Below are positions 40,012 to 49,577 of a stretch of 64,000 nucleotides of DNA, piece by piece; position 1 is the first letter of the stretch; each line of letters starts with the position of its first letter. Made by a program: the position numbers and the translations under genes. The stretch is from a virus. The notes below the pieces were generated by a model. It made no database searches. It saw only the letters and a program-made list of their open reading frames with translations, and was not told the origin of the DNA. The DNA is taken from IMG/VR virus record IMGVR_UViG_3300042557_001775, positions 8,743 through 72,742 of that record. One strand, 5' to 3'.

Positions 40012-40184
40012 TTGCGCGAAAACTTAGCGATCACGTTGACGATCGCGCGCAGGGTTTTCTCCGGCTGCTCGCCCGGAATTAACTCAAAGACGGCAATCAG
40101 CCCGACCATAACGGTGGTCAGGGCGCCAATGATTTCGAGCCAGTTCAGGCCGGAGACAAGAGTAAGGATTTCAGTGAGATTCAT
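40008..40184 (-). CDS. holin-like membrane protein (58 aa, not in ORF track)
   Basis: MNLTEILTLVSGLNWLEIIGALTTVMVGLIAVFELIPGEQPEKTLRAIVNVIAKFSRK*. Confidence 0.6.
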   Translation of the reverse strand: MNLTEILTLVSGLNWLEIIGALTTVMVGLIAVFELIPGEQPEKTLRAIVNVIAKFSRK

Positions 40185-40206
40185 ACATTTTGCGGTGTTC
40201 AGGTTA

Positions 40207-40449
40207 TTACCTATTCATCAGATGTCGGAAGCTGTCAAATACCCAAGCGGACATTGCCGCTATGGCGGCGGCGACCCCGTAAATGGAGGACTTTGCCGTC
40301 TCCAGGTGCTTCAACCTTTCGTCGTGCTTATCGAAGACTTTGCCGAACCTCTCTTGGTTGTCCAAAATAAGGTCTACCTTAGTCTCCAGCCGCACGAGCC
40401 GCTGAGCGTCTAGGAAGTGGTCTGATTCTTTGCCGGCCATTTCATTCAT
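40207..40449 (-). CDS. XhlA-like coiled-coil plus C-terminal TM protein (lysis-associated)
   Basis: RLVRLETKVD...HDERLKHLE followed by a TM helix. Confidence 0.65.
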   Translation of the reverse strand: MNEMAGKESDHFLDAQRLVRLETKVDLILDNQERFGKVFDKHDERLKHLETAKSSIYGVAAAIAAMSAWVFDSFRHLMNR

Positions 40450-40476
40450 AATAAACGCGGTTCACAACCGGTGCAA

Positions 40477-43400
40477 CTAGACGAATGTCGGGTCGATGAC
40501 TTGCCAGCCACGGTTGATTGCTTGCGTTTTACTGCTGTTGTACGTCGTGGTGTCTCCGGCGGTCGCGATAGTGCCGCTGAAATCCACAACATTGGAGTCT
40601 CCGGGTAGGCTCGAGGGGAAAGACCAAGTGCCCAGCGTCCTCAGAATTCCAGCCAGAACCGTGACGCTGACGGCGCCCACGCTTTTTACCTGTACCCCGC
40701 TTCGACAGACAACTCCGACAGGAAACTGCGTCGCGAAGAAATCATAAAACACGCTGCTACCGAGAGAAGCTACATTTTCGACCGTAATCTCCTCCATCAC
40801 AGAAACTCCAGAGTTATCTTTCCGTATCGGAGCTATAGCCAGCGTCAAAGCGCCGGCATTGCGTACCCGCAACGATGACATGTGTCCGCTGTAGCCGCGC
40901 CACGAGCCGTCAGAAAATGGCACCGCGTTAAAGAGTGTTCCGGTAACCGCGCTGTTGGACGAGAACTTCGAGAGTAATGGCGCCCCTCTAAAATCTGCCG
41001 TAGTTAGAAGGGGGCAGTTGTCCAAATAGACCTCACTCAAATGCGTCCACTGGTCACCCTCGTAGATAGCCATCTGCCCGCCGGTCAGCCCGTCTCCAGC
41101 AAATGGCTGTCCATTTATAGAGAGTACATCGCCGTCAAAAATAAGCGGGGCGTCCCCGCCAGTCGGCTGCCATTTAGTGATGTCCGACACCCGATCAATG
41201 ATCGACCATGAAGAAGATGCCGAAGTGGAAGTATCTCGTTTTGCTTTATGGATGAGATAAGGTCGGCCGTTTACTGGATACCGGCCCCCAGCGACGGCCC
41301 CCCCGAAAAACGTTAAATTCCGAAATACCACCACCGAGTTTTGCTTCAAACCGGACGTCAAATTAGCTTGTGTAAACTGATCAATATTAATGGCTTGAAA
41401 ACCAAGACCTCCTTTCCGTACCTCGATCCATTGACTACTTGATACGAATGAGCGTGAAACGGCGGCAGAAGTAACCGATTGCAACACCGCGTTGTCGCGT
41501 AAATCTAACAGCCGAATCGACCGGCGCCCGGCGCTTGGAAAACTCGCTAACTGCGTGTTTCTTGCATACAGTTTCTGAACTCCGGTAATGTGCCGAAATT
41601 CCATCGGCAGGTTAGAGCCGTACGTACTATAAAACTGCCACCACTCACCGGTAATAGGGTCGCCGTCAGTATCAGCTTCCGGGTCGTAATCATAGGTGCG
41701 GTTTCCGAAGTACGTTTTGGTTGTGTTTGCGGGGAGCACAAGCGACGTCAGCGGATTATCCGACACGTCAAGCTCTAGCAAAGGCGCGCCATACTGCACG
41801 TCGATTGTCTGTAAGTTGTTTCCGGATAAATCCAGTCGGAACAGCCGGTAGCCAGTAGATTGATCCGCTGGTAGAGGCAGCACGAAAGCCGGACCCAAAT
41901 TATTGTCCGCGAGTTTAAGTATCTCAGTTTTACTTTCAATGCCGGTGCCTCCCAAATCAAAGGAGGTCAATAAGTTATTGCTTACATCGATTTCCCTAGG
42001 ACGATAGCCGCCGAACACTCCTCCAGGAAACGCCAAAGACGTAAGTCCTTGGGTAGCGGAATCAGGGTATTGATTTGAAAGATTGAGTACGTCGCTCGGA
42101 AAGAAGTGAGTGAACGTGGCAGTGTTTATTTTATTGTTTGCTGCTTTGTACGACTCTTCTATTCCATAATTACTGAAGGTCGCTGCGGTTAGCTGATTAA
42201 ACGAAAGGTCTACGCGTCGCAGATATCTCGTGGTCGGCGGTGTCGAGCCAAAGGTCGTCCCATACAGACTAGGTCGCCGTTGGGATATCATCGACAAGTC
42301 GATGCCGCATCTATCTACCTTAAAGGTCGCGTCCGTCAGGAAGTTTGATTGAACGTCTAGGTCTATAAGATCCGCGCAATCCTCAATATTAAGATACGTT
42401 AGCCGATTAAACGATAAGTCCAATATGTAAATTGGGGTGTTCGGCGCTGAAAACTCGCTTAAGCCTAAATTGCTCAGCATTAAATGGCGTTTGACTTCGG
42501 TCACCATCCCGACGCGCGCGAGCAAAGGATTGTTCGGGGTGTTCCGGTAAAGCCAGCGCTCAGTTACGGGTCGCCCAAAAAAGTCGGTTCGAAGCTCTGA
42601 CGCCAGCGCAGGGACGCCGACGGGATCATTGTTCTCGGCCAACGCAATCTCGAGATATTGCCTAGTACCAACATAATACGTCCCCTCGACGCCAGCCAGA
42701 GTAAACTTCATTCCGATAACTGGATCATCCGGCGGCGGCCACGTGTTTGGAATTCGCGTAAAATCAATGACTGTCGGCCTTACAGTCAAATATTGTCGGA
42801 AAGTACCCCAGTTCTGCGAAATATTTACTGTGTAGGTGCCGTTGCCGCCCGTGCCGGTTCCTAGCGCGGTGATACGGGTGTCTTTCACTAGCTTGTTACC
42901 AAAGTAAGTCCCTACAGGTAGCTCCACCCCGTCGGTTATGTTCATCCCGACTTGAAGAGGCACTGAGCCCGGTTCGTTTACAACATCGTCTACTGTCAGG
43001 GTTGTGCCGTTTATGTTTGCGCGAAACCGAGGAGGACGCGCAGTAACTACTGGGTTACCGAAATCGAAGTCAGGGTGCGGCAGCCAAAAGATCGGGTATT
43101 CTCCAAATGTTCCGACTGACTTCAAAGAACAATAAGGGTACGTGAAATTACACAGTGGATGCTGGCATCTAAGAACCGACGCCGCGCCTTCGCAGAACTC
43201 AGGCTGATTCTGCACCGCAAGTAACGCGTAAAGTGCGTCTTTTTTTGTACCCAAAACAGCTTTGAAGCCTGAGTCTGCCTCCGTCCACCCTTCGACAATA
43301 GACTCGAAGATGTCGCCCGGAAAAGCATCGGTTCGTTGCGGTAGGTTAAAGTATATTCGTCTGCCCGTTGGAAAAAACACGCGGTTTGTCGCTTCGTCGT

Positions 43401-43566
43401 ACGTGTATTCCGAAAACTGTTCGTCCAACGTCGCCCCCGACTGGCCGAACGCCCCTTCCCAATTTGGGATTTCTTTAATTGCGCCGAACGCGGGGTCCAA
43501 CACAAAATACGTATCGTCGCGAAAAACGCTTTGCCTTCCTTTGACGCTGCCTCGTATCGCAAACAT
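40477..43566 (-). CDS. leucine-rich-repeat-containing virion-module protein
   Basis: LDLSFNRLT, LDVQSNFLT, VDLSFNQLT, IDVSNNLLT, LKLADNNL, LDLSGNNLQ, LDVSDNPLT, LDLRDN, VYLDNCPLL; phage tail repeat GTTLTV...ITALGTGTGGNGTYTV. Confidence 0.8.
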   Translation of the reverse strand: MFAIRGSVKGRQSVFRDDTYFVLDPAFGAIKEIPNWEGAFGQSGATLDEQFSEYTYDEATNRVFFPTGRRIYFNLPQRTDAFPGDIFESIVEGWTEADSGFKAVLGTKKDALYALLAVQNQPEFCEGAASVLRCQHPLCNFTYPYCSLKSVGTFGEYPIFWLPHPDFDFGNPVVTARPPRFRANINGTTLTVDDVVNEPGSVPLQVGMNITDGVELPVGTYFGNKLVKDTRITALGTGTGGNGTYTVNISQNWGTFRQYLTVRPTVIDFTRIPNTWPPPDDPVIGMKFTLAGVEGTYYVGTRQYLEIALAENNDPVGVPALASELRTDFFGRPVTERWLYRNTPNNPLLARVGMVTEVKRHLMLSNLGLSEFSAPNTPIYILDLSFNRLTYLNIEDCADLIDLDVQSNFLTDATFKVDRCGIDLSMISQRRPSLYGTTFGSTPPTTRYLRRVDLSFNQLTAATFSNYGIEESYKAANNKINTATFTHFFPSDVLNLSNQYPDSATQGLTSLAFPGGVFGGYRPREIDVSNNLLTSFDLGGTGIESKTEILKLADNNLGPAFVLPLPADQSTGYRLFRLDLSGNNLQTIDVQYGAPLLELDVSDNPLTSLVLPANTTKTYFGNRTYDYDPEADTDGDPITGEWWQFYSTYGSNLPMEFRHITGVQKLYARNTQLASFPSAGRRSIRLLDLRDNAVLQSVTSAAVSRSFVSSSQWIEVRKGGLGFQAINIDQFTQANLTSGLKQNSVVVFRNLTFFGGAVAGGRYPVNGRPYLIHKAKRDTSTSASSSWSIIDRVSDITKWQPTGGDAPLIFDGDVLSINGQPFAGDGLTGGQMAIYEGDQWTHLSEVYLDNCPLLTTADFRGAPLLSKFSSNSAVTGTLFNAVPFSDGSWRGYSGHMSSLRVRNAGALTLAIAPIRKDNSGVSVMEEITVENVASLGSSVFYDFFATQFPVGVVCRSGVQVKSVGAVSVTVLAGILRTLGTWSFPSSLPGDSNVVDFSGTIATAGDTTTYNSSKTQAINRGWQVIDPTFV

Positions 43567-43919
43567 TACGCCGCGATCCACTCGTCGTCACCAATCTTAA
43601 TCAACGCCTGCGACGCTGAATTCCGAGTGTACGTTATTACTGTCGAGCTGCCCGCTTCAAGCGCAACCTCGCCGGGATCAGGAGACAATATCAAAATTTG
43701 AGTCCCTATCGGAAACTTTACTGAGGCGCTCGGAACATAGACCGGCCCCCCCGCCGTAACCACTAGCCCGCCAGCATCTTCTAATTGAAGTGTATAAGGG
43801 GCGTTACTGAATAGCCGCCTCACTCCGCACGACAACGGTGCGGCCCCTGCTTCTTGGGCCGAGGTAATGGGAAAAAGCTCCCCGCTAAACGGGTTAAACT
43901 TGTACCCTGGAAGACTCAT
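43566..43919 (-). CDS. small structural protein (fibre-base-like)
   Basis: YTL...DAG, FPIGTQI, LIKIG.DEW patterns; coupled to the LRR gene. Confidence 0.6.
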   Translation of the reverse strand: MSLPGYKFNPFSGELFPITSAQEAGAAPLSCGVRRLFSNAPYTLQLEDAGGLVVTAGGPVYVPSASVKFPIGTQILILSPDPGEVALEAGSSTVITYTRNSASQALIKIGDDEWIAA

Positions 43920-44134
43920 TGAATGCTGCGGTTAAGCGATTTAGGGATCGCGCGCAAATTGCTACGGCGATTCGACATGCCGTTCATGTGATGGACGTCT
44001 TTGCCGTCGCCCTTACGAACGTGGCCGAGCTTCTCCATCTTACGGCGAGCCTTGTTCCGCTGGCTGCGACGTTTGATTTGCTCCGGCTTCGCGTGGTAGT
44101 CGGCGTATTCTTTGGCGTAGTTTCGAGCGCTCAT
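43916..44134 (-). CDS. small HNH endonuclease-like protein
   Basis: GDGKDVHH...N..SNLR....NRS. Confidence 0.7.
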   Translation of the reverse strand: MSARNYAKEYADYHAKPEQIKRRSQRNKARRKMEKLGHVRKGDGKDVHHMNGMSNRRSNLRAIPKSLNRSIQ

Positions 44135-46473
44135 TGAGTTTCGGTAGGCACGATTTCGGGAACCGCCATGCGGCTTGCCATTTTAACCTTGGCGGCGGTT
44201 TCGGCGTCTTTCAGCGCCATTTTTTGGGACGTCTCGGCCTGTTTCAAAGCCATGGTCGCCTGATGCCGCTCGACATCCATTTGCAACTTGGCTTGACGCT
44301 CCATCAGTTCTTGACGGGCTTTCGGCGAAAGCTGTTCAGACTCGGCGAGCTTCTGCTCCATCGCGGCGATGCGGGCCTGCTCCGACTCGATCATTCGCTG
44401 CTGTTCGGCTTGCTGCGCCATCGCTTGCTTCTCGGCGGCGGCTTTCAGCTCGTCGGCCATGCGGTCGCGGGACGCGCCGAGCTGCTGGAGACGCTGGCGC
44501 ATCAGGGCGACTTGATCTTTGCGGACAAGATCGCTGCCGAGCCGCTGAACGTGCTCGGCCAAGTGCGGCAAGAACAAGTCCATGGCCTGAAGGGCCGCCA
44601 TCGGGTCGGCCCCGTTGGAGATGCCCTCCTGCATTTGCTCCAGCGCCTGAAGGTGTCGGCCGGCGTGAATGAAGTGATTTTCTCCGTCGCTCACTGGCAT
44701 CGGGCTGCCGTTCGACATCAGGCCATTCTCGATGACGGCAAGCTTGTCGTCCATAGGCGGACGCAAGGACGTTCCTGGAGCGGGCAAATACCGATCCACG
44801 ACCTCTTGGCCGAAGCGGGCAGCAATCCTATCACGCAAAAGATTGAGTCGACCGGCCTCGTCGAGGCTTCCGAAAATTGCCATTGTCTCCTCGATGGCGA
44901 TTTGACGCATTCCGGGAGAGCCGAAACCGATCGCTCGAACGGGCTCAACGCTACGCCAGCGGTAGATGGCTTCCTCCGGAACCCCGCGCTTGATACAACG
45001 GCGCCGAAAATCGACGGCCTCCCTGCCGCCGGGTTCGAGGGCGGTGTATTTGCGACGGCTCAGTCGGCGATAGACTTCCGTGAGCAACCGCTTCCACGGG
45101 TGGTAAAACAGATTGATCGACGCTGAGCTTAGGATCGCTTCTTGCTGAAGCTGCGCTCTAACCTCGTATGCCGTCCGCGCCTGGCCGTCTGCGTTCATGG
45201 CGCGAGACTGGTATCCCACAGTGCGGTTGGTCATGTTCTGCGTCAGGTCTTGCAGGACCGGCAGCATGTTGCGGCTGTAGTCGGGGATCGCTTTCTCGAC
45301 GACTTTCAGCCCGGGAGGGAACAACGCGTAAGGGCCGTAATAAGACAACGTAAGATCTTCGAGTGCGCGGCTACCCTGATCTCCAGGCTGCACGATCAAG
45401 GCCGAGCTTAACAACGCACCGTCGACCATGCCGCAGCGAAGGCGGTTCAAAAGCTGGATGTGCGGGTAGATCTTAAATCCAAGACCCCGAATGCCATGAT
45501 ACGTTCCGTTGCCGACCCCGTACGTGAACGTCACAAAGCAATTGACCGGCGACGAAAAGCGATTGGCGCGGGTAAAGAGAAACTCTTCGTCCGGCTCGTC
45601 TTCGTCAATTGAGCCTACGGGATCGCGCAAAAACATCAAATGCGAGACCTTCCCCGAGAATTCCCGAACCCACATGTGGACTACGTCAACTTTCTTGGCG
45701 CGGCTATTCGTATAGAGGAGGTCATTGTTCTTCAGCTCGACCTCCAGTTTTTCCCACTCACCGACTTCGTAGTTCGTTCGTTCGTTGCAGGCCCTTAAAA
45801 GCGCGTGCCGGACCATCTTGACGTTCCAGCCTAACGAGGCAGCAACCTTGGGGTCGCGGATGTAATGATAAAGTTGATGGGCCTGATACTCGCGCTCCAC
45901 TGTCGCGCATTCGATCTCGAACTCGTTGGCCTTTGTACCCCGGGGCATACGAAACTCGGAAAGCCCCGCCACGCGCCAACGCCAATCGACTTCATCTTCA
46001 AAATACGTCACGCCAACTCCGTGCGAAACGAATTGGTCGGCCAACATTTGGTGGGAGAATTCAAACTCCGGCCATTCTTTAAGCGTCCGGTGAAACTCTT
46101 CCGAGATGACGCGCTCCCACTCGACCCGCTGCTCGGTCGTTCCGTAATCCAAAGACACGCGGGCCAGCGAATCAACCGATGCCGTCAAATCGTAGTATCC
46201 GGCCAAGGCTTGCTCTTTGAGGGCCGCCGCCTCGCCAAAATCCAAGTTCGTTCTCTCGCCCTGACCCATCTCCGTCAGGTCGTCTTGGTTGAACGGCGGC
46301 GAGCCGTTGAACATCGAGTCAATCAACGCTCGGTTCTGGGAACTCCCAGCGTCGGAATCCTTCAAGGCTTTGTAAATGGAGCGGGCTGCGTCAACAGTCG
46401 TGACGCGCATTTTCGGCGGCTTGCCTGATTCGTTCAGCCCCGCCAGTTCAAGTGGTTGCAATCCGGATTCCAT
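44131..46473 (-). CDS. portal protein
   Basis: 780 aa downstream of the terminase; RTAYEV motif; long Gln/Ala coiled-coil C-terminal barrel as in P22/T7-like portals. Confidence 0.8.
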   Translation of the reverse strand: MESGLQPLELAGLNESGKPPKMRVTTVDAARSIYKALKDSDAGSSQNRALIDSMFNGSPPFNQDDLTEMGQGERTNLDFGEAAALKEQALAGYYDLTASVDSLARVSLDYGTTEQRVEWERVISEEFHRTLKEWPEFEFSHQMLADQFVSHGVGVTYFEDEVDWRWRVAGLSEFRMPRGTKANEFEIECATVEREYQAHQLYHYIRDPKVAASLGWNVKMVRHALLRACNERTNYEVGEWEKLEVELKNNDLLYTNSRAKKVDVVHMWVREFSGKVSHLMFLRDPVGSIDEDEPDEEFLFTRANRFSSPVNCFVTFTYGVGNGTYHGIRGLGFKIYPHIQLLNRLRCGMVDGALLSSALIVQPGDQGSRALEDLTLSYYGPYALFPPGLKVVEKAIPDYSRNMLPVLQDLTQNMTNRTVGYQSRAMNADGQARTAYEVRAQLQQEAILSSASINLFYHPWKRLLTEVYRRLSRRKYTALEPGGREAVDFRRRCIKRGVPEEAIYRWRSVEPVRAIGFGSPGMRQIAIEETMAIFGSLDEAGRLNLLRDRIAARFGQEVVDRYLPAPGTSLRPPMDDKLAVIENGLMSNGSPMPVSDGENHFIHAGRHLQALEQMQEGISNGADPMAALQAMDLFLPHLAEHVQRLGSDLVRKDQVALMRQRLQQLGASRDRMADELKAAAEKQAMAQQAEQQRMIESEQARIAAMEQKLAESEQLSPKARQELMERQAKLQMDVERHQATMALKQAETSQKMALKDAETAAKVKMASRMAVPEIVPTETQ

Positions 46474-46487
46474 GGGTGGTCAGGTTA

Positions 46488-46736
46488 TTATAGCTTAGGG
46501 CGAAGAAATGTCACCCGGCGGACTCCGCTGGAGCGAAAAACCCGGAACGATTGACGTTCGACCGAAGGGTTGCGGAGCATTCGCTGATACAGCCCCGAGC
46601 TTGCGAAGTCGCGATGGCTTTTCCATCCCTCTCGGCGGAGCGCCTCTTCATTGACGCCTTCAGATTCAGCCTCTATCGCCGCCCACGCCGAGTCGTAAAG
46701 ATCAGACGCGGAGGGCTTTGCTTTCTTCTGGATCAT
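46488..46736 (-). CDS. small hypothetical protein
   Basis: Fills the gap between phosphoesterase and portal genes. Confidence 0.55.
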   Translation of the reverse strand: MIQKKAKPSASDLYDSAWAAIEAESEGVNEEALRREGWKSHRDFASSGLYQRMLRNPSVERQSFRVFRSSGVRRVTFLRPKL

Positions 46737-47523
46737 AGGTCAAAAGTTTTACCGCAGGGAGGCTGTTCGCCGGAAGATTACGCCAATCGAGAATACCGAC
46801 CGACGGGCGGCACAAGCTATCGCCGACGACTTTGTGTCCGTAGCGGGTCAGCATTTGCCACGCGCCGGTCACGAGGAAGAGCGCGTGAGCGTCCGAGTAG
46901 TAACCGCCGCAATGGCGATGTCCTCTCAAGAACACCCGGGGCAGCCGATGGCCGGAGCGCGCGTAGTTCAAACGAGCGTTTCCCATCGTAATGCTCATGG
47001 CCCCCGCTTCGAGATACGCCCGTGCGCTGGTCGGCATGTGGTGCGCTACGTCGATAAGCGTTCCATTGAGTTCAAGCAGCGCCTTGTCGCCGCAGAACTG
47101 CCCGCCGCACTCTTGCGCGATATACTCTTCCCAGTCGCCGGTATGACATTCAGTTCCGGCAATGAAGTAGCGCTTTGCGGCTACTTTCGCCAGCGGAAGC
47201 AACGCTTGGATCGCCGCGCTGCTGTGGTCTTTCATCTTGGCGGCGACGACTTCCTGAGTCCCGTGGTGCCGGCCTTCGATGCAATCTCCGTTGACGATCA
47301 GCGCCCAGGGCGCCCCTTTGAAGTGTTCAAAGATCCGTGTCTGCATGTCGGTCCAACACGACCACAACCACTGCTGATGAAGGTTATCGCCTAAGTTGAC
47401 GGTGTTGCCGTAACTGACTTTGGCGCCGTCAGGCCAGAGCCCGACAGAAGAACCGCAATGTAAATCAGATACGACAACTACTCCTGCTACTTCGGCTGAC
47501 GCCGGTTTCGGTCGTTTACGCAT
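46702..47523 (-). CDS. calcineurin-like metallophosphoesterase
   Basis: SDLHCG, NGDCIEG, GTECH, AHH, RGHRH motifs. Confidence 0.8.
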   Translation of the reverse strand: MRKRPKPASAEVAGVVVVSDLHCGSSVGLWPDGAKVSYGNTVNLGDNLHQQWLWSCWTDMQTRIFEHFKGAPWALIVNGDCIEGRHHGTQEVVAAKMKDHSSAAIQALLPLAKVAAKRYFIAGTECHTGDWEEYIAQECGGQFCGDKALLELNGTLIDVAHHMPTSARAYLEAGAMSITMGNARLNYARSGHRLPRVFLRGHRHCGGYYSDAHALFLVTGAWQMLTRYGHKVVGDSLCRPSVGILDWRNLPANSLPAVKLLTYDPEESKALRV

Positions 47524-47547
47524 GAGGTTAGTCGGTTATGATAAACG

Positions 47548-49323
47548 CTAAAATCGGGAAAGCAAACTAGGGTTCCGTGACGGGGTAAACTTTGTCATCG
47601 TCCGTTTCCACCGGGTTTCACGCCCGCCAGTCCCAGAGTTACCATCCTGGGGCGCCCGAATACCAAACCGCTCACGGACAACTTCGAGCAAAACGAATGA
47701 CGCATCCGCTATGTCAGGAGACCGCCCCGTCCTAGATTTCATGTCAACTTTGCTCTCAACGATTACTTTCATCGCCCCGCTCTTGCGCGTGTCGTAGTGG
47801 CGGCTCGTCATCTCTCGGGCCAAGTCCGGCCCGATACCGCGAATCTGCCCGTTCTGGAGGTACTCCTTAGCCCCGAACCACAGCTCGGTCACCCGGTTGG
47901 AGTATTTCTCGTTGGCTTTGGTCGAGTCGTACGAGGACAGCGCTCGCTCCGAAGGCGCCCCGCCGAAGTGAACCCGCATGAACTCATTGTTCCCCGCCAC
48001 CGACGCGAGCGCATCGCAGAACGGGACGCCACCGCCCGTCACGTCCACGCCGACGTTGTACCAAGGGATGTTGTGCTGGATGACAATGTCTCGGATCTTT
48101 CGGGCAATCTGCATGGTGCGCGGTTCGGGGCTGGACACCTCGTCTTCGAGGTAATGGAACTCGTCGAAAGCCACTTGGTCGAACCCCTCTTTGCCTACTC
48201 CGTAAGACCCGAGATAAATGACGCAGCGGTCACCGCCGGAGACAAACGACGGGTCAATGCCGACCACGCGCTGTGGCGTTTTCAGCCAGACCGCCTGTTG
48301 GTCGCCCTTGAACCGAATAATCTCCGTCTCCGAATAGATGGCCTTCGACGCCGCCTGGGGCGCCCAAAACCCGCGATAATCCCTCCAAAACAACGGCGAG
48401 TCCTCCCCCAACCGCGCGCGGGCCTCGTCGATCTTTTCAAATTTCTGGATCGGCCACTTGTTTTCCCCGATCAAGTAATTCGGATTTTTAAGCGCGTCAA
48501 AGTGCAGACACACGCCGCCGATCTTGGTCTCCCAGCGGCCGGTATCCACGTTGATCGCCCCCCACCCGTCTTTCGGCTCCACGAACTTGCCGAACGGATC
48601 GTAATAGCTCGTCGGGTTTGAGGCGGCGCAAATGTGCAAGACAGGGTTGTTCGCCATGTTCGACAGGGCGGTGTCGATCAAGGCATGACTCAACTCGGAC
48701 AGCTCGTCCGCCGCCAGATAGACCCGAAGTGCTTTCATGCCTCTCATTTTGCCGGTCACTTCATTGCTTTTGCGGGCTTCGGCGGGAATCAGGTAAACGC
48801 CGGATTGTTCCTGCCTTTGGCCGTTTTTCATCACGTAGATCGCCGGAGTCGGCGTATCCGCAAGCTTGGCAGGGGCGACCTCTTTGATCGCGGGCCAATA
48901 CCTCTGCACTGCGCCCCAAACTCTTTTCTTGGCGTCGCGGATCGAGGTCGAGGTCAGCAAGCCCAGGGTGTGGTACGGCGCGGAGAGCCAATTCAACAAA
49001 ACCCAGACAGCCATGAAATCCGACTTGCCGCTACTCCCGCAGCCTGCGAAACCGACATAACGATTATGGCAGCATTCGTGCAACATCGATTCGGCCCAGG
49101 GGTGCCAAATGAAGTTCTCGGTCTTGTGGTTCCAAAAGATTTTGGCCGCACGTTTGAAGTGCTCTTCGCGGCCCAACCAATCGGGCGAGCGACCGCCCTC
49201 GCGGTACATAAAAAGCTCGATGGCCCAGTCGGCGTACTCCGGCGGGAAAATGAATCCGTAGCGGCGGATCGCCGTCGAGGGGACGAGTTTTGCGTCGTTA
49301 ATGAGACAGGGCTTAAAAATCAT
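47548..49323 (-). CDS. terL: terminase large subunit
   Basis: Walker A GCGSSGKS, Walker B LAADE, ASNP, RNase H-like GIDP / VDVTGGG / SPDIADA. Confidence 0.9.
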   Translation of the reverse strand: MIFKPCLINDAKLVPSTAIRRYGFIFPPEYADWAIELFMYREGGRSPDWLGREEHFKRAAKIFWNHKTENFIWHPWAESMLHECCHNRYVGFAGCGSSGKSDFMAVWVLLNWLSAPYHTLGLLTSTSIRDAKKRVWGAVQRYWPAIKEVAPAKLADTPTPAIYVMKNGQRQEQSGVYLIPAEARKSNEVTGKMRGMKALRVYLAADELSELSHALIDTALSNMANNPVLHICAASNPTSYYDPFGKFVEPKDGWGAINVDTGRWETKIGGVCLHFDALKNPNYLIGENKWPIQKFEKIDEARARLGEDSPLFWRDYRGFWAPQAASKAIYSETEIIRFKGDQQAVWLKTPQRVVGIDPSFVSGGDRCVIYLGSYGVGKEGFDQVAFDEFHYLEDEVSSPEPRTMQIARKIRDIVIQHNIPWYNVGVDVTGGGVPFCDALASVAGNNEFMRVHFGGAPSERALSSYDSTKANEKYSNRVTELWFGAKEYLQNGQIRGIGPDLAREMTSRHYDTRKSGAMKVIVESKVDMKSRTGRSPDIADASFVLLEVVRERFGIRAPQDGNSGTGGRETRWKRTMTKFTPSRNPSLLSRF

Positions 49324-49329
49324 AAGTCT

Positions 49330-49560
49330 TTTGTGCCAAAATCCTTGTCACAGCCCGGCACAGGCCGATTTGATAACGGCGCAAGGCGCTGGTACTCTGA
49401 AGGTTTACGCATTTGTGCAATCAACTTCGAATCCCGTGCGCGCTGCCCTATTTTCAAATTCGTAAGTCACTCGACTTACTCTGTTAAACGGAAAGTTACG
49501 CAACATTTGTTGTGAACCTTTGTGCAAGGTTATGAATAATTTTGAACGAATTGGCACAGA
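49330..49560. repeat. TTTGTGC(C)AA repeats and palindromes around attP
   Basis: TTTGTGCCAA 49330, TTTGTGCAA 49412 and 49519, inverted TTGGCACAGA 49551; GTAAGTC-N4-GACTTAC 49462-49479; AACCTT-N5-AAGGTT 49515-49531. Confidence 0.55.
49426..49447 (+). mobile_element. attP core: 3' fragment of a tRNA gene (Asp-like)
   Basis: TTCGAAT-CCCGT-GCGCGCT-G-CC reads as T-loop, T-stem, acceptor strand, G73, CC; about 130 nt upstream of the integrase. Confidence 0.7.
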
Positions 49561-49577
49561 CTTACGTCAAATTTCCC

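Noticed and set aside
49390-49450. Complete tRNA gene
   Set aside because: Only T-loop to acceptor 3' strand is present; upstream bases cannot form the T-stem 5' strand, anticodon arm or D arm
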